From Candidatus Enterocola sp. (GTDB taxonomy: Bacteria; Bacteroidota; Bacteroidia; Bacteroidales; Paludibacteraceae), in NCBI GenBank assembly GCA_045634045.1, contig JAZQZN010000003.1:2444-66443 (forward strand): DNA of 64,000 bases, given 5' to 3'. Positions 1 through 10,244 of this stretch are shown in pieces. The notes under the pieces are model-generated. The model did no database searches and had not been told where the DNA came from. It worked only from the letters and a program-made list of their open reading frames with translations. Numbering within the stretch: position 1 is the stretch's first letter; the number at the start of each line of letters is the position of its first letter. Both the position numbers and the translations under genes were made by a program.

Positions 1-521
1 TCGCCTGGTTTGCGCAAGTGACGAATTACGTAGTCCGAGTGTAAGTTGGTGATGTAACCAATAACGAAAATAATGGTACCGATGATGAATTGAGGAGTAC
101 TCAACCATTCGGGAGTGTACATATCGGCAGGCGAAAGGTAGAAAATCCAATAGCCTTGCACCGATCCGTTGATGAGGTTAAACACAAAGCCCATCATCAT
201 AATGGCAATAGGCATTTTGCTTTTTCCTTTTAGCAGGCAAGGGAAAATAAACGAACGTTGAAAATAGTGTGCCTGAAAAATCAGGAACATTACTAAAGGA
301 GTAATCTCGAAGGTGCGTTCGCTCATCGCCCAAAGGTACAGCATTACAAAGAATACGGGACATTCCATAATCACCCATGCAACTTTGTTGTTGATGGCAG
401 GTCCCCACTTGTCGCTAATCATTTTGCCGTAACCAGCCTCTACAAAATAGAGTGCCACAAATACGACCAAGCCCGTAATGGCCAAGATCAGCAGTAAAAA
501 ATTAAATTGTTCTAGACTCAT
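1..521 (-). CDS. steroid 5-alpha-reductase-like (3-oxo-5-alpha-steroid 4-dehydrogenase / DUF1295-type) membrane protein, 5' part only; gene runs off the left edge
   Basis: Missing from the ORF track because it is open at position 1. Hand translation from the ATG (complement of 519-521): MSLEQFNFLLLILAITGLVVFVALYFVEAGYGKMISDKWGPAINNKVAWVIMECPVFFVMLYLWAMSERTFEITPLVMFLIFQAHYFQRSFIFPCLLKGKSKMPIAIMMMGFVFNLINGSVQGYWIFYLSPADMYTPEWLSTPQFIIGTIIFVIGYITNLHSDYVIRHLRKPG. No stop codon; multi-helix hydrophobic profile; the HSDxxxRxLRKPG block is typical of this reductase family. Confidence 0.7.
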   Translation of the reverse strand, partial: MSLEQFNFLLLILAITGLVVFVALYFVEAGYGKMISDKWGPAINNKVAWVIMECPVFFVMLYLWAMSERTFEITPLVMFLIFQAHYFQRSFIFPCLLKGKSKMPIAIMMMGFVFNLINGSVQGYWIFYLSPADMYTPEWLSTPQFIIGTIIFVIGYITNLHSDYVIRHLRKPG

Positions 522-748
522 ATTGTTTGGACTAATTGGTAAATCGACAAATCGACTAACCGAGAATTATGTTATGAATAAAATTATTCGCATTCGCTCA
601 TGATTTTAGGCGGCACCTCGGCAATACCCAATTTTTCAAATTGGGATTCTATCTTCAATCATTTTATAAATCCAAGTGAACTTGTCTTTATAAAATATTT
701 TCGATAGAATTATCCCAAACCAGTTTGGGATATTGCGCTCGGTTTGCA

Positions 749-1693
749 CTAAAATTCCCAACACACATTATCCACCCAAAGGGTGTTACCAATCGTACCA
801 ATAAACGCACCTTGGTTGCCTGCGGTAAGCATCATAATAACATGCGTAGGGGTGTCGTCGGGGCTTCCCCAACCTTCTTCTATGATGGGCACCACTTTTC
901 CCTTGCTGTTAAGTGCTCGGTAGGGGCCATTCAAATGCATAAAATCTTGGTAGTAATCTGTTTGGGTAATGTCGCCGTAGTGGATTTCGACACGATGCCC
1001 ATTCACCCATTCGGGTACATCGTGGTCCAACTGTTCGCGTGCAGTACCGATGCGTAGGGCATGGATATTGCCGTCTTCGTCTTCCCAGCGTTTTTGTAGG
1101 TACACGAAAAATTCGGCTTTATCTTGTATGCCGTCGATGCGTTTAGAACCCACACCAGGGTATTTCATAACGTAGTTTTCTTGCGAAATGATGCATTTGT
1201 AGTCAAGCACCAACGCTTTTGGCTTGCGCGTAAAAGGCATGCCGAAGTTGAGGTTTTTGTAGGGGTCACCAGCCCCCGTAATGGGTTCGAAGGTTTGTCC
1301 CAAGAACATGCTACCCGATACCAATACCGAAATATCGATAAAACCCAACACCGTTACATCTTCCATTTTGGTGTCCATGCGAGCGCATCTGCCGTTGCCT
1401 CTGGCTTCAGGTTGTACGGTGTTGCTGCCTTTGTGGATGCCAGCTACTTTGGCGTAGGCATTGGACATGGTCCAAATGGTTTTGCTTTTGTAATCGTAAG
1501 GTTGGTTGCCTTTGATGTACTCTTCAGGACCTACAGCATACAATAGTTTCGTTCTGCCACCAATGATGCCCGATTCTTTGATCTCGCGGGTTGCCCAGCT
1601 TTCAAAGTCACCATAAGGAATGGGTTCTAAAGTTTGCGCATAACTGCTCAATGCCATCCCGATGATGCTCAATAGTATCGTTAGTTTTTTCAT
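749..1693 (-). CDS. secreted PCMD-domain-like protein (putative carbohydrate metabolism domain family)
   Basis: ORF 749..1705. Start trimmed to MKKLTILLSIIGMALSSYAQ (signal peptide). Blocks such as IPYGDFESW and NLNFGMPFTRKPKALVLDYK resemble Bacteroides PCMD proteins from memory; no search was run. Confidence 0.5.
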   Translation of the reverse strand: MKKLTILLSIIGMALSSYAQTLEPIPYGDFESWATREIKESGIIGGRTKLLYAVGPEEYIKGNQPYDYKSKTIWTMSNAYAKVAGIHKGSNTVQPEARGNGRCARMDTKMEDVTVLGFIDISVLVSGSMFLGQTFEPITGAGDPYKNLNFGMPFTRKPKALVLDYKCIISQENYVMKYPGVGSKRIDGIQDKAEFFVYLQKRWEDEDGNIHALRIGTAREQLDHDVPEWVNGHRVEIHYGDITQTDYYQDFMHLNGPYRALNSKGKVVPIIEEGWGSPDDTPTHVIMMLTAGNQGAFIGTIGNTLWVDNVCWEF

Positions 1694-1741
1694 AATTCTA
1701 TGCACAAAAACGATGGCAAAGGTACTAAAAATATCTTAAAA

Positions 1742-4603
1742 CTAGTGTGCTTCCAGCCAATTTGTGCCAATTCCGCAGTCGGCAATCAAAGGAACATTCA
1801 GATTAACAGCTTGTTGCATTTCTCGGCAAACCAAATCTTTAACTTTTTCCAATTCGTCGGGATAAACGTTAAAATTGAGCTCATCGTGCACCTGCAAAAT
1901 CATCTGCGAGCGCAAATTTTCAGCCTTTAATGCCTTGTCGATAGCAATCATTGCCACCTTGATGATGTCGGCAGCGCTGCCTTGGATGGGTGCATTGATG
2001 GCGTTGCGTTCTGCAAAACCACGCACAAAACTATTGCCCGACTGCAAATCGGGTAGGTAGCGCTTGCGTCCCCATAGGGTTTGCACAAAACCTTGTTCGC
2101 GCGCCTCCACGATGCAGCTGTCCATGTATTGTTTTACCCCAGGATAGGTAGCAAAGTAGCCGTCAATCAACTCTTTGGCTTCCGAACGAGCAATCTGCAG
2201 GCGTTCGGCCAGCCCAAACACCGAAATGCCATAAATAATGCCAAAGTTGGCTGTTTTGGCTTTGCGGCGCATGTCGGCAGTTACTTCGCCAATGGGTACC
2301 TTGTAAATATTGGCAGCAGTGGCTGCGTGGATGTCTTCACCGCTGTTAAAGGCGGCAATCATGGCAGCGTCGCCGCTCAAATGTGCCATAATGCGTAGCT
2401 CAATTTGCGAATAGTCGGCCGAAAAGAACACGCATCCGTCGTCGGGAATAAAACATTTTCTAATCTCCTTGCCCATGGCATCGCGCACTGGGATGTTTTG
2501 TAGGTTGGGATTGCTCGAACTTAACCTACCCGTTGCCGTAACCGCCTGGTTGTAGGAAGTATGGATTTTGCCCGTTGCCAGATTGACCAGCTGTGGCAGT
2601 GCCTCTACGTAAGTGCTGAGTAATTTTTTGATGCCCCTGTAGTCCAAAATCTTTTCCACCAAAGGATGCTTGCTGCGTAGGCTTTCCAGTACCTCTTCTG
2701 AGGTAATGTATTGTCCTGTTTTGGTCTTTTTGGCTTTTTCAACAATTTTGAGGCGGTCGAACAGCACTTCGCCCACTTGTTTGGCAGAGCTGAGGTTGAA
2801 TTCGGTGCCCGCCAAAGCGTATGCTTCTTGCTCGATGCGTTCCAATTCGCCACGCATGGTTTGAGCCGATGCGTTGAGTGCATTCGAGTCGATACGCACC
2901 CCTGCCATTTCCATGTTTGCCAAGGTGTGCACCAGTGGCATTTCCAACTCGTAAAAGAGTTTTTCCATACCAGCCTGTGCCAACTCAACAGCCAATTTTT
3001 CTTTCAACTGTAGGGTAATATCGGCATCTTCTGCAGCATATTCTGCCACTTTTTCTACAGCAATTTGGTCGATGCTTTGGGCTTTTTTACCCTTTCCGCC
3101 CACCAACTCCTCGTAGGTAATGGTTTGGTAGTTGAGGTAGATTTCTGCCAAGTAATCCATGCCGTGGCGTAGCTCAGGTTGCAATACATAGTGCGCCAAC
3201 ATGGTATCGAACAAAGATCCCTTCACCTCGATGCCCGCTCTGTGCAACACCATAATGTCGAATTTGCAGTTTTGACCAATCTTTTGCGTTTGCTCATTGG
3301 CAAATACAGGACGCAGCTGCTCTGCAATGTAGGTAGCATTGGCAGGCGTTACAGGAAGGTAGTAGGCTTCGTGCGCTTTCCACGCAAACGAAATCCCTAC
3401 CAGGGTGCAGCTAACTGCTTCCAATCCATCGGTTTCGCAGTCGAAGCAGAAGGCAGGTTGTGCCGATAGCTGTGCTACAAACGAGGGTAACTCGCTTTCG
3501 CTAATAATTTGGTAGTTGTGTGGAGTATTGGCAATGCTGCGTCTCAACGATAATTCGGTAGTATTCGATTCCTCGATTATTTCCTGTCGGTCATCAACGC
3601 GTGGTCGATTCGTCGATTCATCATCTTCTAATCCCGCAAACAAATCCATCATGCCATCATCGTTGGTCTTTTTTTTGTTCTTGGGCGATGCCATTGTGGT
3701 CGATTCGTCCTTACTGGCTACTGGGTTATCAAAAGGTGCCCCAGCACCGTATTTATTCAGTAAACTCCTAAACTCCAATTCCGAAAATAGTGCACGTAGG
3801 GCAGCAGTATCGGGCTCTTGACACGCCAATGCCTCGGCATCCAACACAATCGGTACATCGGTTTTGATGGTGGCCAAAAACTTCGAAAATTTAATCTGCT
3901 CAACATTGTTCTCTATCTTGGTTTTGAGTGCGCCTTTTAGCAAGTGAGTTTGTGAAAGCAAGGCCTCGATGCTGCCAAATTCTTTCAGCAGTTTTACAGC
4001 CGTTTTTTCGCCCACACCAGGGCATCCTGGAATATTGTCGCTGCTGTCGCCCATCAAACCCAACAGGTCAATGACTTGCTCCTGACGTTCAAGATCGTAT
4101 TTTTGCAGCACTTCTGCCACACCCATTACTTCGTAGCCACCATTGTGTCGAGGACGGTACATAAAAATGTGTTCGTCCACCAGCTGGCCATAGTCCTTGT
4201 CGGGCGTGAGCATAAACACCTCAAATCCTTGTCCTGCAGCTTGCTTTGCCAACGTACCAATTACGTCATCAGCCTCGTAGCCTTTCACCTCAAACACGGG
4301 AATGTTGTAGGCGTTTAGCAAGTCTTTGATTATAGGCACAGCCGTTTTAATGTCTTCGGGCGTTTTTTCGCGTTGTGCTTTATAAGCCTCAAACGCTTCG
4401 TGTCTAAAAGTAGGACCCGATGGATCAAAAGCCACCGCAAGGTGGGTAGGTTGTTCGCGTTTTATCACCTCCTCCAAGGTATTGACAAAACCCAACACAG
4501 CCGACGTATTCAATCCTTTCGAGTTGATGCGTGGCGCTTTGATAAACGCAAAATATGCCCGATAAATAAGGGCATAAGCATCTAGTAAAAACAATTTTTT
4601 CAT
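1742..4603 (-). CDS. polA: DNA polymerase I
   Basis: ORF 1742..4705, trimmed to MKKLFLLDAYALIYRAYFAF (ATG at 4601-4603). Has a 5'-3' exonuclease N-terminus, a 3'-5' exo block (FCFDCETDGL), and family A polymerase motifs DYSQIELR, KTANFGIIYG and QVHDEL. Confidence 0.95.
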   Translation of the reverse strand: MKKLFLLDAYALIYRAYFAFIKAPRINSKGLNTSAVLGFVNTLEEVIKREQPTHLAVAFDPSGPTFRHEAFEAYKAQREKTPEDIKTAVPIIKDLLNAYNIPVFEVKGYEADDVIGTLAKQAAGQGFEVFMLTPDKDYGQLVDEHIFMYRPRHNGGYEVMGVAEVLQKYDLERQEQVIDLLGLMGDSSDNIPGCPGVGEKTAVKLLKEFGSIEALLSQTHLLKGALKTKIENNVEQIKFSKFLATIKTDVPIVLDAEALACQEPDTAALRALFSELEFRSLLNKYGAGAPFDNPVASKDESTTMASPKNKKKTNDDGMMDLFAGLEDDESTNRPRVDDRQEIIEESNTTELSLRRSIANTPHNYQIISESELPSFVAQLSAQPAFCFDCETDGLEAVSCTLVGISFAWKAHEAYYLPVTPANATYIAEQLRPVFANEQTQKIGQNCKFDIMVLHRAGIEVKGSLFDTMLAHYVLQPELRHGMDYLAEIYLNYQTITYEELVGGKGKKAQSIDQIAVEKVAEYAAEDADITLQLKEKLAVELAQAGMEKLFYELEMPLVHTLANMEMAGVRIDSNALNASAQTMRGELERIEQEAYALAGTEFNLSSAKQVGEVLFDRLKIVEKAKKTKTGQYITSEEVLESLRSKHPLVEKILDYRGIKKLLSTYVEALPQLVNLATGKIHTSYNQAVTATGRLSSSNPNLQNIPVRDAMGKEIRKCFIPDDGCVFFSADYSQIELRIMAHLSGDAAMIAAFNSGEDIHAATAANIYKVPIGEVTADMRRKAKTANFGIIYGISVFGLAERLQIARSEAKELIDGYFATYPGVKQYMDSCIVEAREQGFVQTLWGRKRYLPDLQSGNSFVRGFAERNAINAPIQGSAADIIKVAMIAIDKALKAENLRSQMILQVHDELNFNVYPDELEKVKDLVCREMQQAVNLNVPLIADCGIGTNWLEAH

Positions 4604-4647
4604 GGATGTAAAGATAGCAAATGTTTTTCTATATTTGCGAAAAATTG

Positions 4648-4655
4648 TATCTTTG
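4648..4655 (+). promoter_or_regulatory. Bacteroidota-type -7 promoter box TATCTTTG (a second box, TATATTTG, lies at 4630-4637)
   Basis: Matches the TAnnTTTG consensus, 18 nt upstream of the ATG at 4673. Confidence 0.5.
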
Positions 4656-4672
4656 CTCGGAGGTTTTATAGC

Positions 4673-5599
4673 ATGGCAACAGAAAAACACACACCCAACA
4701 AGCATGGAAGCGTAGCAGGCTACATGATTAAGCGCTCCAACTTGGTCAAACTCGTTGTTTTTACGGGTTTGTTTTCGTTGGTGTTTGTGAACCTATACAA
4801 ACCATTTTCGTCCGACAGGTGGATCGATATTTCTCCCACCCAATACTTTCTTTACTCATGCGTAATCGTGTTCATTGGCATTGCCGTAATTGCCGTGTCG
4901 CGCTACTTTATGAGCCTGTTTGTGCGCAAATTTTCGCTCAACAACGTAGAGTATGCCATTTGGGTGTTTTTGGAGCTGGTAATTTTGTCGGGCTTTTACA
5001 CCCTGTACGTGCTGTGGATTCGTTCCGATTTGCAGTTTTGGTCGCTGGAAGATGCCCTTATTGCCTTTCGCGACATCAACATCAATACCTTTTTGGTGGT
5101 GTTTTTTCCCTACCTTATTTCGTGGCTGTATTTTGCCTACGACGACAAAAACCAACGCATTCGCGAACTCGAAAAACGAGGCGTGGTGCGCAACGGTCCT
5201 TCGGTGCTGCATTTTGCCGATGAAAAGGGCGGTCAGCGCCTATCGGTAGCCTTCGAAGCAGTCGTTTACATTGAATCGGCCGACAACTACATCGAAATCA
5301 ACTACCTGCTCAACGATAAGCTCGAAAAATTTATGCTGCGCAACTCCATGAAGCGCATCGAGCTGGAGCTTACAGAAACCGCTATTCAGCGATGCCATCG
5401 TTCATACATGGTCAACTACGAACACGTTATTTCCATCCACAAGCAAGGTGATGACTTGTTCTTGGAGTTAGGCGTACAAGGCATCAATCGCATCCCTGTT
5501 TCTAAAACTTATGCAAAAAAATCGACCGAAGCATTTACACACTTCGGCCGACGTCAATCTATTTCGCTACACGAGGTTACTTATAGAGGTAACGCTTGA
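4673..5599 (+). CDS. membrane-associated LytTR-domain DNA-binding protein
   Basis: 308-aa ORF. The N-terminal half has several hydrophobic helices. The C-terminal ~100 aa (VVYIESADNYIEINYL...RCHRSYMVNYEHV) looks like a LytTR domain. Confidence 0.75.
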   Translation: MATEKHTPNKHGSVAGYMIKRSNLVKLVVFTGLFSLVFVNLYKPFSSDRWIDISPTQYFLYSCVIVFIGIAVIAVSRYFMSLFVRKFSLNNVEYAIWVFLELVILSGFYTLYVLWIRSDLQFWSLEDALIAFRDININTFLVVFFPYLISWLYFAYDDKNQRIRELEKRGVVRNGPSVLHFADEKGGQRLSVAFEAVVYIESADNYIEINYLLNDKLEKFMLRNSMKRIELELTETAIQRCHRSYMVNYEHVISIHKQGDDLFLELGVQGINRIPVSKTYAKKSTEAFTHFGRRQSISLHEVTYRGNA

Positions 5600-7217
5600 T
5601 GCTACGTTTTGGAGTTTTTTCGAACTCTTCTTTTACCACTTCTACCTCTGCTACCTGACAGAAACGAGGCAACAAACGGTTTACGTGGGTGCGCATTAGG
5701 TTCATTTCTTCCTCTACATTTTTGCCGTCTTTTTCGATGGCTGCGGTATCAGGATAAACCAATGCTACCAATTTTTCGTTGCGGCATACCAATACGCTTT
5801 CGATTACGTATGGCATGTTGTTTACCTTGTCTTCAATTTCTTCTGGGTAGATGTTTTGTCCCGATGGGCCCAAAATCATGCTCTTGTTACGACCGCGGAT
5901 AAATACGTTGCCGTCTTTATCGATGATGCCCAAGTCGCCAGTACGCATCCAACCGTCAGAAGTAAAGATGGCGCTGGTTGCTTCTGGGTTTTTGTAGTAG
6001 CCCAATAGCACATGGTCGCCTTTTACCAAAATTTCGCCTACTTGTTTTTGAGGGTCAAGCGAGTCGATGGTAATTTGCATGCGATCTACAGGTTGGCCAC
6101 AAGAACGTAGTTTGAATTTATCCCATGGAGTGTAAGACAACAAAGGACCACATTCGGTCATACCGTAACCTACACAGTAAGGGAATTTGATTTGTTTCAA
6201 GCATTTTTCTACTTCGCGGTTAAGCGCAGCGCCACCAATAATAAGGTATTTAAGCTGACCACCAAAAGCAGCCATCAATTGTTGGTGTACTTTTTTGCGG
6301 ATAATGGTATTGATACCAGGAATGTGCCACAATACGCGTACCAATGGTTTTTTGATAGCGGGGAAAATTTTGCCTTTAAAGATTTTTTCTACCACCAAAG
6401 GTACGGTCAAAATCATGTAAGGATGAACTTCAGAGAAAGCTTTCATCAAAATTTGAGGCGATGGCGCTTTGCCCAAGAAGTTAACGTGGCAACCACCTGC
6501 CAATTGATACAAGAATTCAAAGGTCAAACCAAACATGTGTGCCAAAGGCAACATCGATACCATGCTCCAGCCTGCTTGGTTAGGAATTCTGTCTTGGCCA
6601 AATTCTACGTTCGAGCTAAGGCTGCGGAAATTCAATACCACACCTTTAGGGTCGCCTGTACTACCCGATGTATAGTTGATAACAGCAGGATCGTCCATGT
6701 TATCGGTAGGATAGTTTACGTCGTCTGCTGTGAAACCTTTAGGATAAGCAGTTTGGAATAATTCGTCCCAGTTTTTGAATGCTTTTTCTGCTGCAGCATT
6801 TTTAGCGTAGTACAGTTCCGAACCATCTTGGCAAACAATGGCTTCGAGCTGTTTCATGGCTTCCAAGTCAAGGCCTTTAAATACCTGGTCGCCCACCAAG
6901 AATAATTTAGCGTCTGAGTGTTTTACCAAATAATGAATGCTTTCTGCATGGAACGCATCGAGGATAGAAACAGCTACAGCGCCATAGCTAATGGTCGATA
7001 AAAAGCAAGTTGCCCAGTAAGTACTGTTACGTCCGCAAAGCGCAATTTTATCGCCTTTTTCGATGCCGATGTTTTTAAATAGCACATGCCAGCGAGCAAT
7101 TTGTTCTGCCAATTGACCGTAGGTGTCGGTTTTTTTCTCGATGTAGTCAGAGATAGCAGGTTCGTTCCAATCGCGTTTGATGGTAGCCTGCATGTAGTCG
7201 AATAAGTGTTTTGCCAT
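5577..7217 (-). CDS. AMP-dependent synthetase / long-chain acyl-CoA ligase
   Basis: ORF 5577..7247, trimmed to MAKHLFDYMQ (ATG at 7215-7217). AMP-binding motif YTSGSTGDPKGV and the TGDLG block are present. The 3' end overlaps the convergent LytTR gene by 23 nt. Confidence 0.85.
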   Translation of the reverse strand: MAKHLFDYMQATIKRDWNEPAISDYIEKKTDTYGQLAEQIARWHVLFKNIGIEKGDKIALCGRNSTYWATCFLSTISYGAVAVSILDAFHAESIHYLVKHSDAKLFLVGDQVFKGLDLEAMKQLEAIVCQDGSELYYAKNAAAEKAFKNWDELFQTAYPKGFTADDVNYPTDNMDDPAVINYTSGSTGDPKGVVLNFRSLSSNVEFGQDRIPNQAGWSMVSMLPLAHMFGLTFEFLYQLAGGCHVNFLGKAPSPQILMKAFSEVHPYMILTVPLVVEKIFKGKIFPAIKKPLVRVLWHIPGINTIIRKKVHQQLMAAFGGQLKYLIIGGAALNREVEKCLKQIKFPYCVGYGMTECGPLLSYTPWDKFKLRSCGQPVDRMQITIDSLDPQKQVGEILVKGDHVLLGYYKNPEATSAIFTSDGWMRTGDLGIIDKDGNVFIRGRNKSMILGPSGQNIYPEEIEDKVNNMPYVIESVLVCRNEKLVALVYPDTAAIEKDGKNVEEEMNLMRTHVNRLLPRFCQVAEVEVVKEEFEKTPKRSIKRYLYK

Positions 7218-7246
7218 AATTATTATGTAGTAAAAAAATAAATCCA

Positions 7247-7406
7247 TTACCCCGCAGGGTTCTCCTTATTTGTAACCCTGTGTTAAGGTCGCTTGCGACC
7301 GCAACGCAGGGAACCTACGGTCCGCAACGCAGGGAACCTATATCGACCGCAACGCAGGGAAACCATGGTCCGCAACGCAGGGAACCCTGCGTCCGCAACG
7401 CGGGGA
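7247..7406 (+). repeat. REP-like structured repeat (copy A) with its 3' arm tandemly amplified five times
   Basis: TACCCCGCAGGGT..GTAACCCTGTGTTAAGG..CCGCAACGCAGGGA, then CCGCAACGC(A/G)GGGA recurring at 7299, 7322, 7347, 7370 and 7393 (period 23-25 nt). Confidence 0.85.
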
Positions 7407-7642
7407 CAATGCAAAGGTACAAACAAATGGGGCGATGGGTGCATATACGTGCGTGTATGGTATAAACCTCCTAAAAAAAACTTGTCGCTGGGGTAAAAAA
7501 GCACATTTTGGGGTAGAATGAGGTGATTGTGGGGTAAAAAAGGAAGAAATAGGGAGGAATAAAACCCTTTGTTTGGCGAAAAACGCAAAAATAATTGTAT
7601 CTTTAACCCATCAAAATACCAATCATTAAACCTATTTATAGT

Positions 7643-9256
7643 ATGGCAACAACATTTAAGTACGAGCCCATGTTTCAGTTGGGCGAAGACAACACCGAGT
7701 ACTATTTGCTAACCAAAGACTATGTTTCGATGAGCGAATTTGAAGGAAAACCCATCCTTAAAATTGCGCCCGAAGGCTTAACCGCCATGGCCAATGCCGC
7801 TTTCCGTGACGTGTCTTTCTTGTTGCGCCGCGAGCACAACGAGCAAGTAGCCAAAATTTTGTCGGACCCTGAAGCATCCGAAAATGACAAGTACGTAGCC
7901 CTTACCTTCTTGCGCAACGCAGAGGTGGCAGCCAAAGGCAAATTGCCCCTTTGCCAAGATACCGGTACTGCTATTATCCACGGCGAAAAAGGCCAACAAG
8001 TATTTACCGAAGGCGAAGACGAAGAAGCACTTTCATTGGGTGTGTACAAAACCTATACAGAAGAAAACTTGCGCTATTCGCAAAATGCACCTCTTGATAT
8101 GTACAATGAGGTAAACACCAAATGCAACCTACCTGCACAAATTGATTTGCACGCATCTACTGGCATGGAATACCACTTCTTGTGCGTAACCAAAGGTGGT
8201 GGTTCTGCCAATAAAACCTATCTTTTCCAAGAAACCAAAGCGCTTTTGAACCCTGCTACTTTGGTTCCTTTCTTGGTAGAAAAAATGAAAACCCTAGGTA
8301 CTGCTGCTTGTCCTCCTTACCACATTGCATTCGTTATTGGTGGTACATCGGCAGAAAAAAACTTGCTAACCGTTAAATTGGCATCTACCCACTACTACGA
8401 CAGCTTGCCTACCACAGGTAGCGAAGGTGGTCGCGCATTCCGCGATGTAGAGTTGGAAAAACAAGTATTGGAAGAAGCCTACAAAGTAGGTTTGGGAGCA
8501 CAATTTGGTGGCAAATACTTGGCACACGACATCCGCATTGTTCGCTTGCCACGTCACGGTGCATCTTGCCCTGTAGGTATGGGTGTTTCTTGCTCTGCCG
8601 ACCGCAACATCAAATGTAAAATCAACAAAGACGGTATCTGGATCGAAAAATTGGACGACAATCCAAGCCGTTTGATTCCAGAAGAATTGCGCCAAGCTGG
8701 CGAGGGCAATGCTGTTCGTATCGACCTTAACCAACCTATGGAAGCCGTATTGGCTGAGTTGGATAAATACCCTGTAGCAACCCGTTTGTCGCTTAATGGT
8801 ACCATCATCGTTGGACGTGACATTGCACACGCAAAACTAAAAGAACGCCTTGATAACGGCGAAGATCTACCCGAATACATCAAAAACCATCCTATCTACT
8901 ACGCAGGTCCTGCCAAAACTCCAGCAGGCATGCCATGTGGTTCGATGGGTCCTACCACCGCAGGTCGTATGGACTCGTATGTAGGCCTATTCCAATCCAA
9001 AGGCGGTAGCAAAATTATGCTTGCTAAGGGTAACCGTAGCCAACAAGTAACCGACGCTTGTAAACAATACGGCGGCTTCTACTTGGGTTCTATCGGTGGT
9101 CCTGCAGCCATCCTTGCTCAAAACAACATCAAGAGCATCGAATGCGTTGAATACCCCGAACTAGGCATGGAAGCAATCTGGAAAATTGAAGTAGAAGATT
9201 TCCCTGCGTTTATTTTGGTGGATAATAAAGGCAACGACTTCTTTAAAACGCTTTAA
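7643..9256 (+). CDS. fumB: class I (Fe-S, FumA/FumB-type) fumarate hydratase
   Basis: 537-aa ORF. The N-terminal block [16 protein letters not shown] and overall length fit single-chain class I fumarases. Confidence 0.9.
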   Translation: MATTFKYEPMFQLGEDNTEYYLLTKDYVSMSEFEGKPILKIAPEGLTAMANAAFRDVSFLLRREHNEQVAKILSDPEASENDKYVALTFLRNAEVAAKGKLPLCQDTGTAIIHGEKGQQVFTEGEDEEALSLGVYKTYTEENLRYSQNAPLDMYNEVNTKCNLPAQIDLHASTGMEYHFLCVTKGGGSANKTYLFQETKALLNPATLVPFLVEKMKTLGTAACPPYHIAFVIGGTSAEKNLLTVKLASTHYYDSLPTTGSEGGRAFRDVELEKQVLEEAYKVGLGAQFGGKYLAHDIRIVRLPRHGASCPVGMGVSCSADRNIKCKINKDGIWIEKLDDNPSRLIPEELRQAGEGNAVRIDLNQPMEAVLAELDKYPVATRLSLNGTIIVGRDIAHAKLKERLDNGEDLPEYIKNHPIYYAGPAKTPAGMPCGSMGPTTAGRMDSYVGLFQSKGGSKIMLAKGNRSQQVTDACKQYGGFYLGSIGGPAAILAQNNIKSIECVEYPELGMEAIWKIEVEDFPAFILVDNKGNDFFKTL

Positions 9257-9264
9257 AATCATTT

Positions 9265-9331
9265 TACCCCGTAGGGGTATGCCTAATATTGTAACCCCGT
9301 GTTAAGGTTGTGCAGCAACCGCAACGCGGGG
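9265..9331 (+). repeat. REP-like structured repeat (copy B)
   Basis: TACCCCGTAGGGGT..TGTAACCCCGTGTTAAGG..CCGCAACGCGGGG, starting 8 nt after the fumarase stop. Confidence 0.8.
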
Positions 9332-9372
9332 TTATTTGTGCAAAACGCCCAACTAAGGAGTCATAAAAAAAA

Positions 9373-9392
9373 GGAGAACCAAATGGTTCTCC
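9373..9392. terminator. bidirectional hairpin terminator between fumB and tsf
   Basis: GGAGAACC-AAAT-GGTTCTCC, with an A-run upstream and a T-rich run downstream. Confidence 0.7.
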
Positions 9393-9418
9393 TCTCTTTA
9401 TTGTGTTGTGACGTTTAA

Positions 9419-10240
9419 TTAGTCAACGTTCAAAGTAACGCGTTTGAAATCTACAGCGATCAAAGTAGCTGATTGTTGTTTCAAGTAATCTTTTACGCTG
9501 ATTTTAGCGTCTTTGATGAAGTCTTGTTCCAACAAGGTAGATTCTTTGTAGAATTTGTTCAAGCGACCTTGAGCAATTTTATCCAACATTGCTTCAGGTT
9601 TACCTTCTTGACGTGCTTTGTCGCGACCAATTTCCAACTCTTGTTCGATGATGTTAGCAGGAACACTTTCGCGGTTAACAGCGATAGGATTCATAGCTGC
9701 AACTTGCATTGCTACTTCGCGAGCGATTTGGTTGTCGATAGCTTCGTTGAAGGTTACGATGGTAGCCAATTTGTTACCGGGGTGGATGTAAGCCACGGTA
9801 GCAGCACCTTTTACAAATTCGTAGTAACCCAATTCCATTTTTTCACCAGTAATACCGCTGCGGTCGGTGATAAGGTCTGCGATGCTACGACCGTCAAGTT
9901 CGATAGCCAAAAGAGCTTCTTTGCTTTCAGGTTGGTTAGCCATTGCAGCGTTCAAGATGCTTTGGGTTAGTGCAATAAAGTCAGCGTTTTGAGCCACGAA
10001 GTCAGTTTCGCATTGTAGTGCTACAACAGCTGCAAAGCCGTCGTTTTGAGCAGCCAATACGCAACCTTCTGCAGCTTGGCGATCGCTACGTTTAGCAGCG
10101 ATAGCTTGACCTTTTTTGCGGATAATTTCAATTGCTTTGTCAAAATTGCCTTCAGCTTCAGTTAAAGCGTTTTTGCAATCCATCATTCCAGCTCCAGTCA
10201 TTGTGCGAAGCTTGGAAATATCTGCCATAGTTACTGCCAT
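9419..10240 (-). CDS. tsf: translation elongation factor Ts
   Basis: 273 aa. N-terminus ...ISKLRTMTGAGMMDCKNAL is the EF-Ts UBA-like signature. Lies immediately downstream of rpsB. Confidence 0.95.
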   Translation of the reverse strand: MAVTMADISKLRTMTGAGMMDCKNALTEAEGNFDKAIEIIRKKGQAIAAKRSDRQAAEGCVLAAQNDGFAAVVALQCETDFVAQNADFIALTQSILNAAMANQPESKEALLAIELDGRSIADLITDRSGITGEKMELGYYEFVKGAATVAYIHPGNKLATIVTFNEAIDNQIAREVAMQVAAMNPIAVNRESVPANIIEQELEIGRDKARQEGKPEAMLDKIAQGRLNKFYKESTLLEQDFIKDAKISVKDYLKQQSATLIAVDFKRVTLNVD

Positions 10241-10244
10241 AGTC

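Noticed and set aside
7299-7406. Regularly spaced repeat array that superficially resembles a CRISPR array.
   Set aside because: The repeat unit is only ~14 nt and the spacers only ~9-11 nt. The unit is the 3' arm of the REP-like element found elsewhere, and no cas genes or leader are present.
7280-7588. ORFs of 61, 67 and 101 aa across the fadD-fumB intergenic region.
   Set aside because: Their sequences (repeated ATQGT.GPQRREP / RNAGN..) are simply translations of the tandem REP-arm repeats. They are not credible genes.
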